A stretch of DNA of 64,000 nucleotides from Candidatus Azambacteria bacterium (GCA_016234725.1 JACRAK010000019.1:5801-69800), one strand, 5' to 3'. Counted from the stretch's first letter, positions 11,938 to 20,856 are shown. Translations and numbers: made by a program. The notes: generated by a model from the letters alone, not told the origin.

Positions 11938-12812
11938 TGATCAAATGTTTTTGTGTTGCTCTTGCTTATGATCTTTTCTTGCCCCGTCTTTTATTTATAA
12001 ATATCAGGAAGACGGGATTGCGATTTGTGTCTGCGCACAATGCGCAGACAAATCGGGAATATCTTAATCCGCCAGTTGGTGGACATCCTTTCATTTCCGT
12101 TATGCTTATAGTTTTCTTTTCCTTTCTTTTCTGGCTCGTTGCAGAGCTTCGCATAACAGCGTTAAGCGAGAGTGTTTTTCCGCTCGTGATTTTGACATTG
12201 TTTGCATTTTCCGCAATGTGGTATCTTTCCGGGCGGTTCAATGTGTCCGTGCTCGCAGGCGTATACGGCGGTATTTCCGCGGCGCTTTTTTCGCTTGTCC
12301 CGAGCGGACTACCCGCGCACATCATCGCGGTGTGCGCTGCCGCAGGATGGTATGCGTTCATGCATGCCGTGGCTGAGCGCCGTCCTCGCGGCGCAGTGCT
12401 CGTTTCTTTTGTCGAGGTGTTTGTTCTTTATTTTGCGGTGCTCGCGTGGCACGCGTTTTCCCATATTTCCTTATTCCTTGCGCTTACCATGATAGCGCTT
12501 GGCACAGCGCTGATCTTTTTCAATTCGGTCACGGTCATGTGCGAGCTTGGCATGTGGCTGCGCGTGCGGTTGTTCATGTTTTCGCTTGGCGTCGGCGTGA
12601 TGATTGCCGAGCTGTTCGCGGTGCTCAGCAAGCTTCCGTTTCATATCGCGAACATCGACTTCCTCCTCTTTTTTGTCTATTATATAGTGTGGGACGTGAC
12701 CGTGCGGTATTTTTCCATCCGCTTTACCAAGCGCGCGCTTGCGGTCAATGTGCTGTTGCTTTTTTTGGGGTTTGGCACAGTGCTCGCTTCTGTGCGATGG
12801 CTCCCTGTTTGA
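11937..12812 (+). CDS. hypothetical integral membrane protein (more than 6 TM helices)
   Basis: Long hydrophobic ORF. The true start may be downstream, for example at MLIVFFSF near 12093. Confidence 0.45.
   Translation: MIKCFCVALAYDLFLPRLLFINIRKTGLRFVSAHNAQTNREYLNPPVGGHPFISVMLIVFFSFLFWLVAELRITALSESVFPLVILTLFAFSAMWYLSGRFNVSVLAGVYGGISAALFSLVPSGLPAHIIAVCAAAGWYAFMHAVAERRPRGAVLVSFVEVFVLYFAVLAWHAFSHISLFLALTMIALGTALIFFNSVTVMCELGMWLRVRLFMFSLGVGVMIAELFAVLSKLPFHIANIDFLLFFVYYIVWDVTVRYFSIRFTKRALAVNVLLLFLGFGTVLASVRWLPV
11982..12016. repeat. hairpin ccccgtctt-[tatttataaatatcagg]-aagacggg, member of the 'cttgccccgtc' family
   Basis: Shares cttttcttgccccgtc with 8995-9012. Confidence 0.6.
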
Positions 12813-12876
12813 CCAAGAGCAAAGCGATTGGCGACAAACAGCAGTCCAGCGAGGCGATAGCCGAGTCGCGGCTTCC
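12805..12876 (+). repeat. dispersed repeat (ccaagagcaaagcgattggcgacaaacagcagtccagcgaggcgatagccgagtcgcggc)
   Basis: Matches 9120-9170 (reverse complement, about 90%) and 15583-15629 (cagtccagcgaggc.ata.gccgagtcgcggc). It starts at the stop codon of the membrane protein. Confidence 0.7.
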
Positions 12877-12909
12877 ATAATCCTCGTGAACAACGCCATA
12901 TTTTTACGT

Positions 12910-13014
12910 CGCCATCGTCTCCATTTCTTCTTTTATCTTAACGGAAGCGCAGCCCTTCATTATATTTATAAAAAGGGCGTGAGAGGATTAAAGAAGAAAT
13001 GGAGACGATGGCGG
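12910..13014. repeat. 24-bp perfect inverted repeat (cgccatcgtctccatttcttcttt / aaagaagaaatggagacgatggcg) enclosing an AT-rich loop of about 55 nt
   Basis: Read directly. The loop contains 'tatatttataaaa', like the loops at 9013-9089 and 11991-12008. Confidence 0.75.
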
Positions 13015-13037
13015 CCATGCCAAATGGAAGGTAAATA

Positions 13038-13775
13038 ATGAAAAAAATAATTTTCTTTTTGTTTGTCTTTGTAGCAGCGAGTATGAGCGGGCTCGTGTCC
13101 GTATTATTCATTGCGCCGAAGCTTGCGGGAATCGCGCCATTTTCCAAAATGGCTTTTTTTAACGAGGGGCGCGATCAAACGGTTATCGTGAATAAGACGG
13201 AGCAGGTGGTGGTGGAACGAAACACCGCGTTTAAAAAAGCATATGAAAAAAACATTCCTGCGCTCGTGGCGGTCAAATTGATAAATAGCAGCGGCATTAC
13301 GCAAAGCATCGGCGCCGGTTTTATCGTGAGCGCGGACGGGCTGATACTTACGCGCCGCGAGTGGGTTGGCACGGGCCAGAAAACTACGATGATGGTAGTG
13401 CGCGGGAGTGAAGAAACGAAGGCGGAGATCGTAAGGGTCTCCGAAGAGAGCGGGCTTGCGTTGCTGAAAGTTAATGCGTCCGGTCTGCCGGTCGTGTCAT
13501 TTGCAAAAGATGTTGCAGGTCAATTGGGTGTTGAAGCGTTTCTTATCGGCACGAAACGCGGGAGTGCCGGTCAGATATCTTTTGTAAATACCGGTACGGT
13601 GAAAAGCGTGGACGGCAAAATGGTGGAAACGAATATCTACGAAGATTTCCGCATTGCGACTGGTACGCCGCTCGTGAACATCGAAGGGGATGTTATCGGC
13701 ATCAATTCCGTGAACTCTTCGGGGTATGTGTTTGCCATCGCTTCAGATGAGATCTCTCGTTTCTTGAGCATGTAG
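13038..13775 (+). CDS. secreted trypsin-like fold protein with degenerate catalytic triad (pseudo-protease)
   Basis: Signal peptide. Alignable to the HtrA protease domain (GAGFIVSADGLILT), but His, Asp and Ser are all replaced (TRREW; GLALLKV; ATGTPLVN). No PDZ domain. Confidence 0.55.
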   Translation: MKKIIFFLFVFVAASMSGLVSVLFIAPKLAGIAPFSKMAFFNEGRDQTVIVNKTEQVVVERNTAFKKAYEKNIPALVAVKLINSSGITQSIGAGFIVSADGLILTRREWVGTGQKTTMMVVRGSEETKAEIVRVSEESGLALLKVNASGLPVVSFAKDVAGQLGVEAFLIGTKRGSAGQISFVNTGTVKSVDGKMVETNIYEDFRIATGTPLVNIEGDVIGINSVNSSGYVFAIASDEISRFLSM

Positions 13776-13803
13776 TTTTGTTAATGTCCTAGGTACGCAC
13801 TTT

Positions 13804-14088
13804 TGGCGGTTTTGATCTCCCAAAGAAAACCGCGCGCAGGGCGAGCGAGCATGGTGCCGTTTCCTGTGTTTCATTCTTTAACCCGCTCGAGCATTCCAGC
13901 GATGCTCTCGCTTATGCTCGCCGCGTGATGGTGCGGTGGGCTACGCCATTATACCGCACCCTCCAAGCTCCACGCGGCTCCGCAGGTTAGCGAACAAAAC
14001 ACAGGAAACGGCGAGCGAGTCCGAGGTCGAGCGGCGCGTTCTCGCGGGGAACGCGAACGCGTGTTTTCTTTGGGAGATCAAAACCGCC
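13804..14088. repeat. MITE-like nested palindrome (26-bp perfect terminal inverted repeats, ggcggttttgatctcccaaagaaaac, about 230 bp apart)
   Basis: Outer inverted repeats at 13804-13829 and 14063-14088. Inner inverted repeats cgtttcctgtgtt / aacacaggaaacg and a central hairpin ggtgcggt...accgcacc. No ORF is credible across the palindromes. Confidence 0.65.
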
Positions 14089-14151
14089 ATATGTGCGCGC
14101 ATTATAGTAAGCACTTTCCGAGAGAAAATATTTCTGCCATAATAAAGACAT

Positions 14152-15018
14152 ATGATAAAAAAAGTCATCATTCCAGTCGCGGGGTTAGGCACGCGATTCC
14201 TTCCTGCCACAAAAGCACAGCCGAAAGAAATGCTGCCGATAGTGGACAAGCCCATCATTCAGTATCTGGTAGAGGAGGCGGTTGCCGCAGGGATCACCGA
14301 AGTGATCTTTGTGACGGGAAGAGGCAAGCGGGCGATCGAGGATCATTTCGATTATGCGTATGAGCTTGAGCAGGTATTGGCGCATCGGGGGAAAAAGGAA
14401 CTCATTCGAGCGATACGGGAAATTTCCAACCTTGCTTCTTTTGTATATGTGCGCCAAAAGGAACCGAAAGGGGACGGCGACGCATTGCTTGCCGCGGCGC
14501 ATATCGTGGGTGATGAGCCGTGCGCGGTGTTGTTTGGCGATGATATTGTCGACAGCAAAGTGCCGTGCTTGAAACAGATGATGGGAACGTTTGAAAAATA
14601 TAATGATCCGGTCGTAGCGCTTGAGGAAGTGAAGCAAGAGGAAACGTCGTTATACGGAATTGTGGGTACGACGAAAGTAGGCGAGCGCGTACATGAAATC
14701 AAGCACATCGTGGAAAAGCCGGCGCAAGGGAAAGCGCCATCTCGGCTCGCCATAGTAGGGAAATATATCATCACTAAAGATATCTTTCGCGAGCTTGAAA
14801 AGCTGAACCCAAAGAGTGGGGAGATCCGTCTTGCAGACGCGTTGAAGAATCATCTGACGCACGGCGCGGTGTACGGCTATCAATTCAAAGGTACGCGATA
14901 CGACTGCGGTTCAAAGATCGGCTTCTTAAAAGCGGTTGTTGACTTCGGTCTCAAGCACGAAGAGACCAAGCGCGAGTTCAAGCATTATCTCAATAAAAGA
15001 ATGCATCCGAACGGATAA
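14152..15018 (+). CDS. galU: UTP--glucose-1-phosphate uridylyltransferase
   Basis: KVIIPVAGLGTRFLPATKAQPKEMLPIVDKP N-terminal signature; 288 aa. Confidence 0.9.
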   Translation: MIKKVIIPVAGLGTRFLPATKAQPKEMLPIVDKPIIQYLVEEAVAAGITEVIFVTGRGKRAIEDHFDYAYELEQVLAHRGKKELIRAIREISNLASFVYVRQKEPKGDGDALLAAAHIVGDEPCAVLFGDDIVDSKVPCLKQMMGTFEKYNDPVVALEEVKQEETSLYGIVGTTKVGERVHEIKHIVEKPAQGKAPSRLAIVGKYIITKDIFRELEKLNPKSGEIRLADALKNHLTHGAVYGYQFKGTRYDCGSKIGFLKAVVDFGLKHEETKREFKHYLNKRMHPNG

Positions 15019-15134
15019 CGGAAATAGTCAAAACGTCGAGCCCTCGCTCGACTTTTTTGTTCTAGGTAAACCGTCATGTGTGTGTCATTTCCCAATGTTG
15101 ACTTTTCCTTTCCCTATCCATATACTCCTGCATA

Positions 15135-15916
15135 TGGATAATTTTGTTATTGCATCACTTAATGTTGGCGGGCATACGGAAGCGATGGACTTCGAGAAAA
15201 CCGACCAGTGGCATAAGCTCCTCGAGCTCACCTATGCGGCGTGGCGGGTGGCGGATATTGCCATCGAAAACGAGTTTCTCAAAAGCAAGGTAAAGCAAAC
15301 CGCAGCGGAGATCCTGGTGGAATATCCGAACGCGCTTGGTAATAGAATGAAAATGGAAGAGTTGTCTTCCCGCATCCGGTCCCAACGCGCACTTCTTTCG
15401 CTTGCGCAAAAGACAAGCAATTCACGCGAGCTCAATTTTACGATCTTAAAAAACGAATATCACAAAATTGGTACAGTGGTTACCCAGCTTATGCCTCCTG
15501 TGGCTACAGAACAGCACCATTATGGTGTTCCAAAAAAAGGAGCTCCCGTTTTGTCTGAATCCGCCGGCTGGCGGAGAAGTTACAAAACGCAGTCCAGCGA
15601 GGCCATAGGCCGAGTCGCGGCGGAGTCGCAAAAACAGCAAGAAAAGGTGGTTGATAATATGGTGGAAGTGCGCAGCGCAGAACGCCCGGAAACACATCGT
15701 GCTGAGCGCTCCGAGGTACTCACCGAACGCCAGAAAAAGATATTCCAGTTTTTCAGCAAAAGAAAGGGGGAAAAAATACGCTTAAAAGAGATCGCCCAGG
15801 TATTCCCGGATCTGACCGACAGGACGGTGCGCAATGATCTTCGAGACCTGTGTACGAAGAAACTCATAGTGCGATCGGATGGGCATGGGCAAGCAAGTTT
15901 CTACAAGTTGGTATAA
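15135..15916 (+). CDS. hypothetical protein with C-terminal winged-helix DNA-binding domain
   Basis: Start chosen at MDNFVIASL after the galU stop. The C-terminus (KIRLKEIAQVFPDLTDRTVRNDLRDL) is DeoR-like wHTH. A dispersed repeat copy at 15583-15629 is in frame. Confidence 0.45.
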
Positions 15917-15924
15917 AAAAATAA

Positions 15925-16110
15925 TAAGGAAGATAGGGAAGTTCCCTATGATAATAAGGAAATACCTTTTTTGAATAAGGAATTTCCTTTTTTATTCCCT
16001 ATCATTTCATGTTTTCCCCCTGCGGGGGATCTCCCGAAGAGAGACGGGTTCCATGTTTCATGATTCAAGTTCCATGATTCAGGTTCCCGGTTTTATGTTT
16101 CAGGGTCGTG
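15925..16110. repeat. compound intergenic repeat: aataagga palindrome, 35-nt double-hairpin element (16011-16045), then gttccatg/gtttcatg tandem units
   Basis: The copy of the element inserted in the desulfurase gene (7023-7057) differs by 1 nt. Confidence 0.75.
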
Positions 16111-16257
16111 TTTCCAGTTATCCACAATTGGTGATGTTGCGGTATTCCTGTGGGCACATGATTCCTGTATACTGGTAAGTAATGGCACAAATACTTTGTT
16201 TATTGATACGCTTTTAAGTCGGTTGTTTTAGCTATAGGTTTTGTGCGTTTGGAACGG

Positions 16258-16286
16258 TTGACCTTTATTTGTCTGTACTTTATAAT
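16258..16286 (+). promoter_or_regulatory. sigma70-type promoter (TTGACC, 17-nt spacer, TATAAT)
   Basis: Near-consensus -35 and -10 boxes with a 17-nt spacer, about 570 nt upstream of the 1154-aa surface protein start. Confidence 0.6.
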
Positions 16287-16292
16287 GGGGGA

Positions 16293-16857
16293 AAGTGAAT
16301 AGGGTGGTGCGAAGGCGCCATCCGTTCGTATTGGTTTGATGTCAGCTCTTATGCCGGCATCGCGTGGCGTGTGCCACGCGAGCCATGCTTGCATGAGAGG
16401 TGCCTTCAAATGAGACGATGGAAAAGCGATTGAAAAGGAAGAAACGCAAGATCATTGAAAAGTGAATAGGAAGAAAGGCAGAGTAACTTCCCTTTAAGTT
16501 TGTATATGATCTCGAAGAGAAAAGTCGGGTCGGTGTTATGCATCCTGAGCCTGTCCTGAGTTTATCGAAGGGCATGTCGAAGGGTTGCACAATAGAACTT
16601 GATTCTAATTTAAGATCATTCGGTCACGATGGTTATGGCTTGAACGAGAGCAGTCATTATTAATTTTTAAGTAACATAGGACTTACGCAGTTGGATGCAG
16701 TTCGAGGCGCAAGCGAGAAGCGACTGAGCCATACGCAGTAGTATGGTGATGGAGCTTCAAAGCGAAGCAACGAAGAAATGCACCGACTGCGTAAGTCCTA
16801 TAACAAAGCAGATTTCACTCACCGGAATGGTGGGCGGGTCTGCGTAAGCAAAGCATT
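16293..16857 (+). promoter_or_regulatory. long ORF-free 5' leader with structured elements, including a 15-bp perfect inverted repeat (16677-16691 / 16786-16800)
   Basis: About 565 nt with no credible ORF. taggacttacgcagt ... actgcgtaagtccta encloses about 95 nt. Candidate riboregulator or sRNA. Confidence 0.4.
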
Positions 16858-19800
16858 ATGAGTAATCAGCCTTTAGTAGGCCAGAATGCGAAAAAGAAAT
16901 TATCGCAATTTCTTTCCGCAACGCTTGCCTTCACAACGACTGTTTCATTGTCCGGCTTTGCCCTGATGTTCGCGTTCACCGCGAGCGCACAGGTTGCAAC
17001 GTTGTCAGACGGTGATGTGGTCAAGACCGCGGATAATCCCGATGTATACATCGTGAAGATGCATCCGCATGGTCAGTACGCGGGTTGGAAGCGTCTTATT
17101 CTCAACCCGGAAGTGTTCAATCTTTATGGACACCTCAAGTGGTCAAACATCAAGACGGTAAACCAGGCGACGGTTGATGCGTATCACACGTCTGCATTGG
17201 TACGAGGAGAGAATGATCCTAAGGTATATGTCTTGGCGCCAAACGGCGACGTAGGAACAAAAACCTGGATCACAAACGAAGCAGAGTTCCTCGCGGCAGG
17301 TTATGACTGGAGTCAGATCGCGCAGGTAAACAACAAAGAGCGCGACATGTACACGACTGCTGGTTCACAGCAGCAGGTACCGGCAGCGACAGGAACGGGC
17401 TTGATGGTATCGTTGGCGTCAAACACCGCGGCGGCAGGTTCTATCGTATCTGAGCTTACGGGCTCTGGTACTGGATTGACAGCAGACGGCGCACAGGCAC
17501 AGGTATCAATGCTCACCGCGAATTTCGCTGCGGGTTCAGATGGCGATGTAGCGGTAACGACATTGAAGGTAAAGAGAATGGGCATTTCAGCGGACGCTGA
17601 CATCGCGAATGCGTACTTGTACGATGGCGCGACCCGCGTTGCGGAAATGACCAACATCTCTTCAACCTACATTTCATTCGTGAATGCATCTGGTTTGTTC
17701 ACGGTTTCTCGTGGTACAAGCAAAGCGATCACGGTGAAGATGGATGTGGCAAATGGCACTTCAGCAGGCAAGACAATGGCGTTCGCGATCAACGTGGCAT
17801 CTGATGTTGTGGCTGGCACAGCTACGGTTTCAGGTTCATTCCCGATCGTGGGTAATGGCATGACGACCGCGAATGTTGGCGACCTTGGTAAGATCACGAT
17901 CGCAGACGTTTCGAGCTCAACTACCGTTGATCCGGGTCAGACCGGCTACGAAGTATGGAAGTTCAGCGTTGCGGCAGCGGACCAGAAAGTGAGTGTCTCC
18001 CATATTAAATTGACGAACGTCGGTTCAGTTGCGACAACTGACCTTACGAACATCAAATTGATGGACGGCGCGACACAGCTTGGCGCGACAGCGGCAACCC
18101 TTGCGGTTGACGGCACAGTGACATTCGACCTTTCTTCAAACCCGTTGGTTATCACCGCGGGCCAGACGAAAAACCTGAGCGTGAAAGCAGACATCGTCGG
18201 TGGTACGACTCGCACATTCCGCTTCTCTGTACAGAGATCAGCGGATATCGTAGCGATGGACACCAACTACGGTGTTTACCTTAAGCCAAACCAGACCGAC
18301 TCATTCTTGGTTATCCAACCGGCAGCAGCGACAACGATCAATTCAGGAACATTGACGATTTCAATTGATCCTGCATCGCCGACAGGCAATGTGGCGGCTG
18401 GTTACACCGACCAGGAATTGGCGCGGTTCGCTTTCAAAGCGTCCGGCGAGGCAGTGAAGGTTTCATCCCTCACCGCAACTTCAACCACGACTGGCACAGG
18501 AGGTTTGAACAACGCGAAGTTGTACTTGGATGGTACGCAGGTTGGCGCGACCGCTGACATTGCAACCACTCCGAACACGACATTCACTTTCGGCAATTCA
18601 TTCATCATTCCTGCGGGCGCGACCAAGACCTTGGTCATCAAAGCAGAGGTGAAGACAGCTGCAGGTGTTGCGTACAATGCGGGCGAAACTATTCAGGCGA
18701 AATTGGTTGCGGGTTCATTGAACGCGCAGGGCCAAACCTCAATGACTTCGATCAGTACGTCAGCGGCAAACGGCAACACCTTGACGGTGCAGACCGGCTT
18801 GTTGACGACATCAGCAAACACTGGATTGGCAAATGCAACTACTGCGTTGCCGACTGGTGTTAAGGGCTCAACAAACGTGAAGATTGCATCATTCGTGATC
18901 ACCGCAGGCTCGGGTGAAGGCGCTGATGTAAGCCAGATCGTAGTCAAAAACGGTGCGACAGAAGTGGCGCTTGGCCGCGACTTCCAGAACTTGACATTGA
19001 AGAGCGGTTCAAGCCAGATCGGCACGACCGTTGGTACATTGTCAACAACTGCAGCTAATACCTACACGTTCAATCCGTCTCCTGCGATCAGCATCAACGC
19101 TGGCCAGCAGTACGTAGTTGATGTGTACGCAGATGTGTTAAGCAGCGCGTCAAACGCGTATGCGGTGGGCACCGGTGTTGTGCACACGCCGGTTATTCTT
19201 GACAGCGTGACCGCAACTAGCAAATCAACCAATAGCGACGCAAGCGACGCGACCGACCGGAACGGTCAGAGCGTGTTCATTGCGCTCGCAGGTTCGTTGA
19301 CGGTAGCGGCGGCGTCCGACATGCCGATCGCACAGAACCGCGCAATGGGCCAGACAGGCCAGACCTTGGCAACCTTCAAGTTGACCACAGGCACTCCTGA
19401 AGCGGTGAACATCTCAAGCATCACGGTAACTGACCTGTTGTCGGCGACCGCGACTGCGGCGACCGGTTCGGTAACGAATCTTTCGTTGTGGAATTCTGCA
19501 GGCGTACAGGTTGGCTCAACGGTTGCTTCTATGAGCAGCTCGGCAGTCGGCTTGAACGTGCTCGCGACCTTCAATGGTCTTACGCTGAACGTTGCAAAAG
19601 ATAAGTCAGAAGTGTTGACCTTGAAAGGCGACATGAACACCTATCCGAACGCAGTGTCAGGTAGCGCGCACATGTTCAAAGTGCAGGGCAATGGCGATGT
19701 AACGGCAGTTGGCGCGACGTCAGGCCAGACCATCGCAATGACCGGCGCGGCGATCTCGGGTAATAACCAGAGAGTGTATCGCGCAGAGCTCACCGTCGCA

Positions 19801-20322
19801 AGCGCGATGTCGAACTTCTCGGGTGGTGCAAGCACCGATCAGAACATTGGTAAATACAGATTTACCAACACGTCTCCGGGCAACTACTCCATCACGGTGT
19901 CAGATATTGACCTTGGTTTGAGTACGTCCAAAGCGGCAGCTGCATTTACCGCGACGCGGTATGTCACATTGAAGAGGGATTCGGTAAGTGGCGCGACGGT
20001 TGCAAAGACGCAACTTCGTCCGGGTGTGTTGTACACCGCTTCCGCGCTTCACTTCTCTGACATTACGAGCTGGACAGTGACCGCGGGCAATGTGGGTGAG
20101 CAGATATTCACGCCGTTCACCATTGACGCCTCAAACGGCACCGGTTATGTAGATATTTATGTCTTGGCTGACACGACTGATACAGGCGCGTCAACAATAA
20201 CAATATCTAATAGCCTCGGTTCCGGAAACAATGTTGTCACATGGGGTGATGGCGTATCCGCAAGCACAAGCGTCACATCGGTAGACGGCATGCCGGCCAT
20301 CGGTGCGACGGTTACCTACTAG
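16858..20322 (+). CDS. giant secreted Ser/Thr/Ala/Gly-rich repeat surface protein (putative S-layer or adhesin-like)
   Basis: Signal peptide (…FAFTASA|QVA), no Cys, and repeated beta-rich units of about 100 aa sharing LxDGxTQLGAT…AGQTKxLxVKADI. 1154 aa. Confidence 0.8.
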   Translation: MSNQPLVGQNAKKKLSQFLSATLAFTTTVSLSGFALMFAFTASAQVATLSDGDVVKTADNPDVYIVKMHPHGQYAGWKRLILNPEVFNLYGHLKWSNIKTVNQATVDAYHTSALVRGENDPKVYVLAPNGDVGTKTWITNEAEFLAAGYDWSQIAQVNNKERDMYTTAGSQQQVPAATGTGLMVSLASNTAAAGSIVSELTGSGTGLTADGAQAQVSMLTANFAAGSDGDVAVTTLKVKRMGISADADIANAYLYDGATRVAEMTNISSTYISFVNASGLFTVSRGTSKAITVKMDVANGTSAGKTMAFAINVASDVVAGTATVSGSFPIVGNGMTTANVGDLGKITIADVSSSTTVDPGQTGYEVWKFSVAAADQKVSVSHIKLTNVGSVATTDLTNIKLMDGATQLGATAATLAVDGTVTFDLSSNPLVITAGQTKNLSVKADIVGGTTRTFRFSVQRSADIVAMDTNYGVYLKPNQTDSFLVIQPAAATTINSGTLTISIDPASPTGNVAAGYTDQELARFAFKASGEAVKVSSLTATSTTTGTGGLNNAKLYLDGTQVGATADIATTPNTTFTFGNSFIIPAGATKTLVIKAEVKTAAGVAYNAGETIQAKLVAGSLNAQGQTSMTSISTSAANGNTLTVQTGLLTTSANTGLANATTALPTGVKGSTNVKIASFVITAGSGEGADVSQIVVKNGATEVALGRDFQNLTLKSGSSQIGTTVGTLSTTAANTYTFNPSPAISINAGQQYVVDVYADVLSSASNAYAVGTGVVHTPVILDSVTATSKSTNSDASDATDRNGQSVFIALAGSLTVAAASDMPIAQNRAMGQTGQTLATFKLTTGTPEAVNISSITVTDLLSATATAATGSVTNLSLWNSAGVQVGSTVASMSSSAVGLNVLATFNGLTLNVAKDKSEVLTLKGDMNTYPNAVSGSAHMFKVQGNGDVTAVGATSGQTIAMTGAAISGNNQRVYRAELTVASAMSNFSGGASTDQNIGKYRFTNTSPGNYSITVSDIDLGLSTSKAAAAFTATRYVTLKRDSVSGATVAKTQLRPGVLYTASALHFSDITSWTVTAGNVGEQIFTPFTIDASNGTGYVDIYVLADTTDTGASTITISNSLGSGNNVVTWGDGVSASTSVTSVDGMPAIGATVTY

Positions 20323-20325
20323 TAG

Positions 20326-20856
20326 ATCTCAAAACTCGCATACTGCTTGTGACAGTATGATGAGTTTACCCGCCTAAGTTTCTTTAAAGAAATTTTGGCA
20401 GGGACCGCAAAGAGCCCCGAATTTCGGGGCTCTTTGCATTTCTGCTTTCGCGTTTTTGTTTTCGTTATTACTCAATCTTACGAGGTGCGACCTCGTAAGA
20501 TTGAGAGATACTCAAGCAAACACCTCCCCCATTTCGGGGGAGGTGTTTTGCGTTTGCGGAGGCGTTTTGTTTTACCCGCAATCGCCTTGGCGACGGCGGG
20601 TGTTTAGGGATGTTTTGCGTTTGCAGATGTATTTTGCGTTTTTGTTGTTATGCCAATATTCGATGTCATTCTACTCCGATCGGAGTAGAATGACATGGTG
20701 TGTGGAATTGGCGTTAATAATTCTTATGAGACTAAGTCTCGTAAGAATCAAACATCTCCCCAGAAATAGGGAGATGTTTTGTTTTAGTGGATGTGTTTTG
20801 TGTTTTTGTGATTTTTTATATTCGGTCGTCCGACGACCGAATATTGTTTTACCTCG
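20326..20856 (+). repeat. array of at least 8 different perfect GC-rich hairpins, each followed by a T-rich tract (tgttttgcgttt-like)
   Basis: Hairpins at about 20332-20367, 20408-20436, 20473-20505, 20521-20543, 20664-20699, 20721-20743, 20752-20773 and 20818-20844. Spacing is irregular and the motif gttttg[ct]gttt recurs. Confidence 0.75.

Noticed and set aside
13804-14088. RNase P RNA (ggtgcggt…accgcacc resembles part of conserved region II)
   Set aside because: No P4 'AGGAAAGUCCGGGCUCC' or 'ACAGAAnCCGGCUUA' motifs. The perfect 26-bp terminal inverted repeats fit a MITE-like element better.
16517-16535. RNase P P4-like 'gaaaagtcgggtcgg'
   Set aside because: This is an isolated partial match with no other RNase P conserved regions around it.
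20326-20856. Possible CRISPR array
   Set aside because: The conserved parts (gttttgcgttt-like) are short and non-palindromic. The palindromes are all different. The spacing is irregular (31-96 bp). No cas genes are nearby. This is the opposite of CRISPR architecture.
20326-20856. Integron attC cassette array
   Set aside because: No R''/R' core sites (GTTRRRY) bound the palindromes and there is no integrase. The hairpins are perfect rather than bulged like attC sites.
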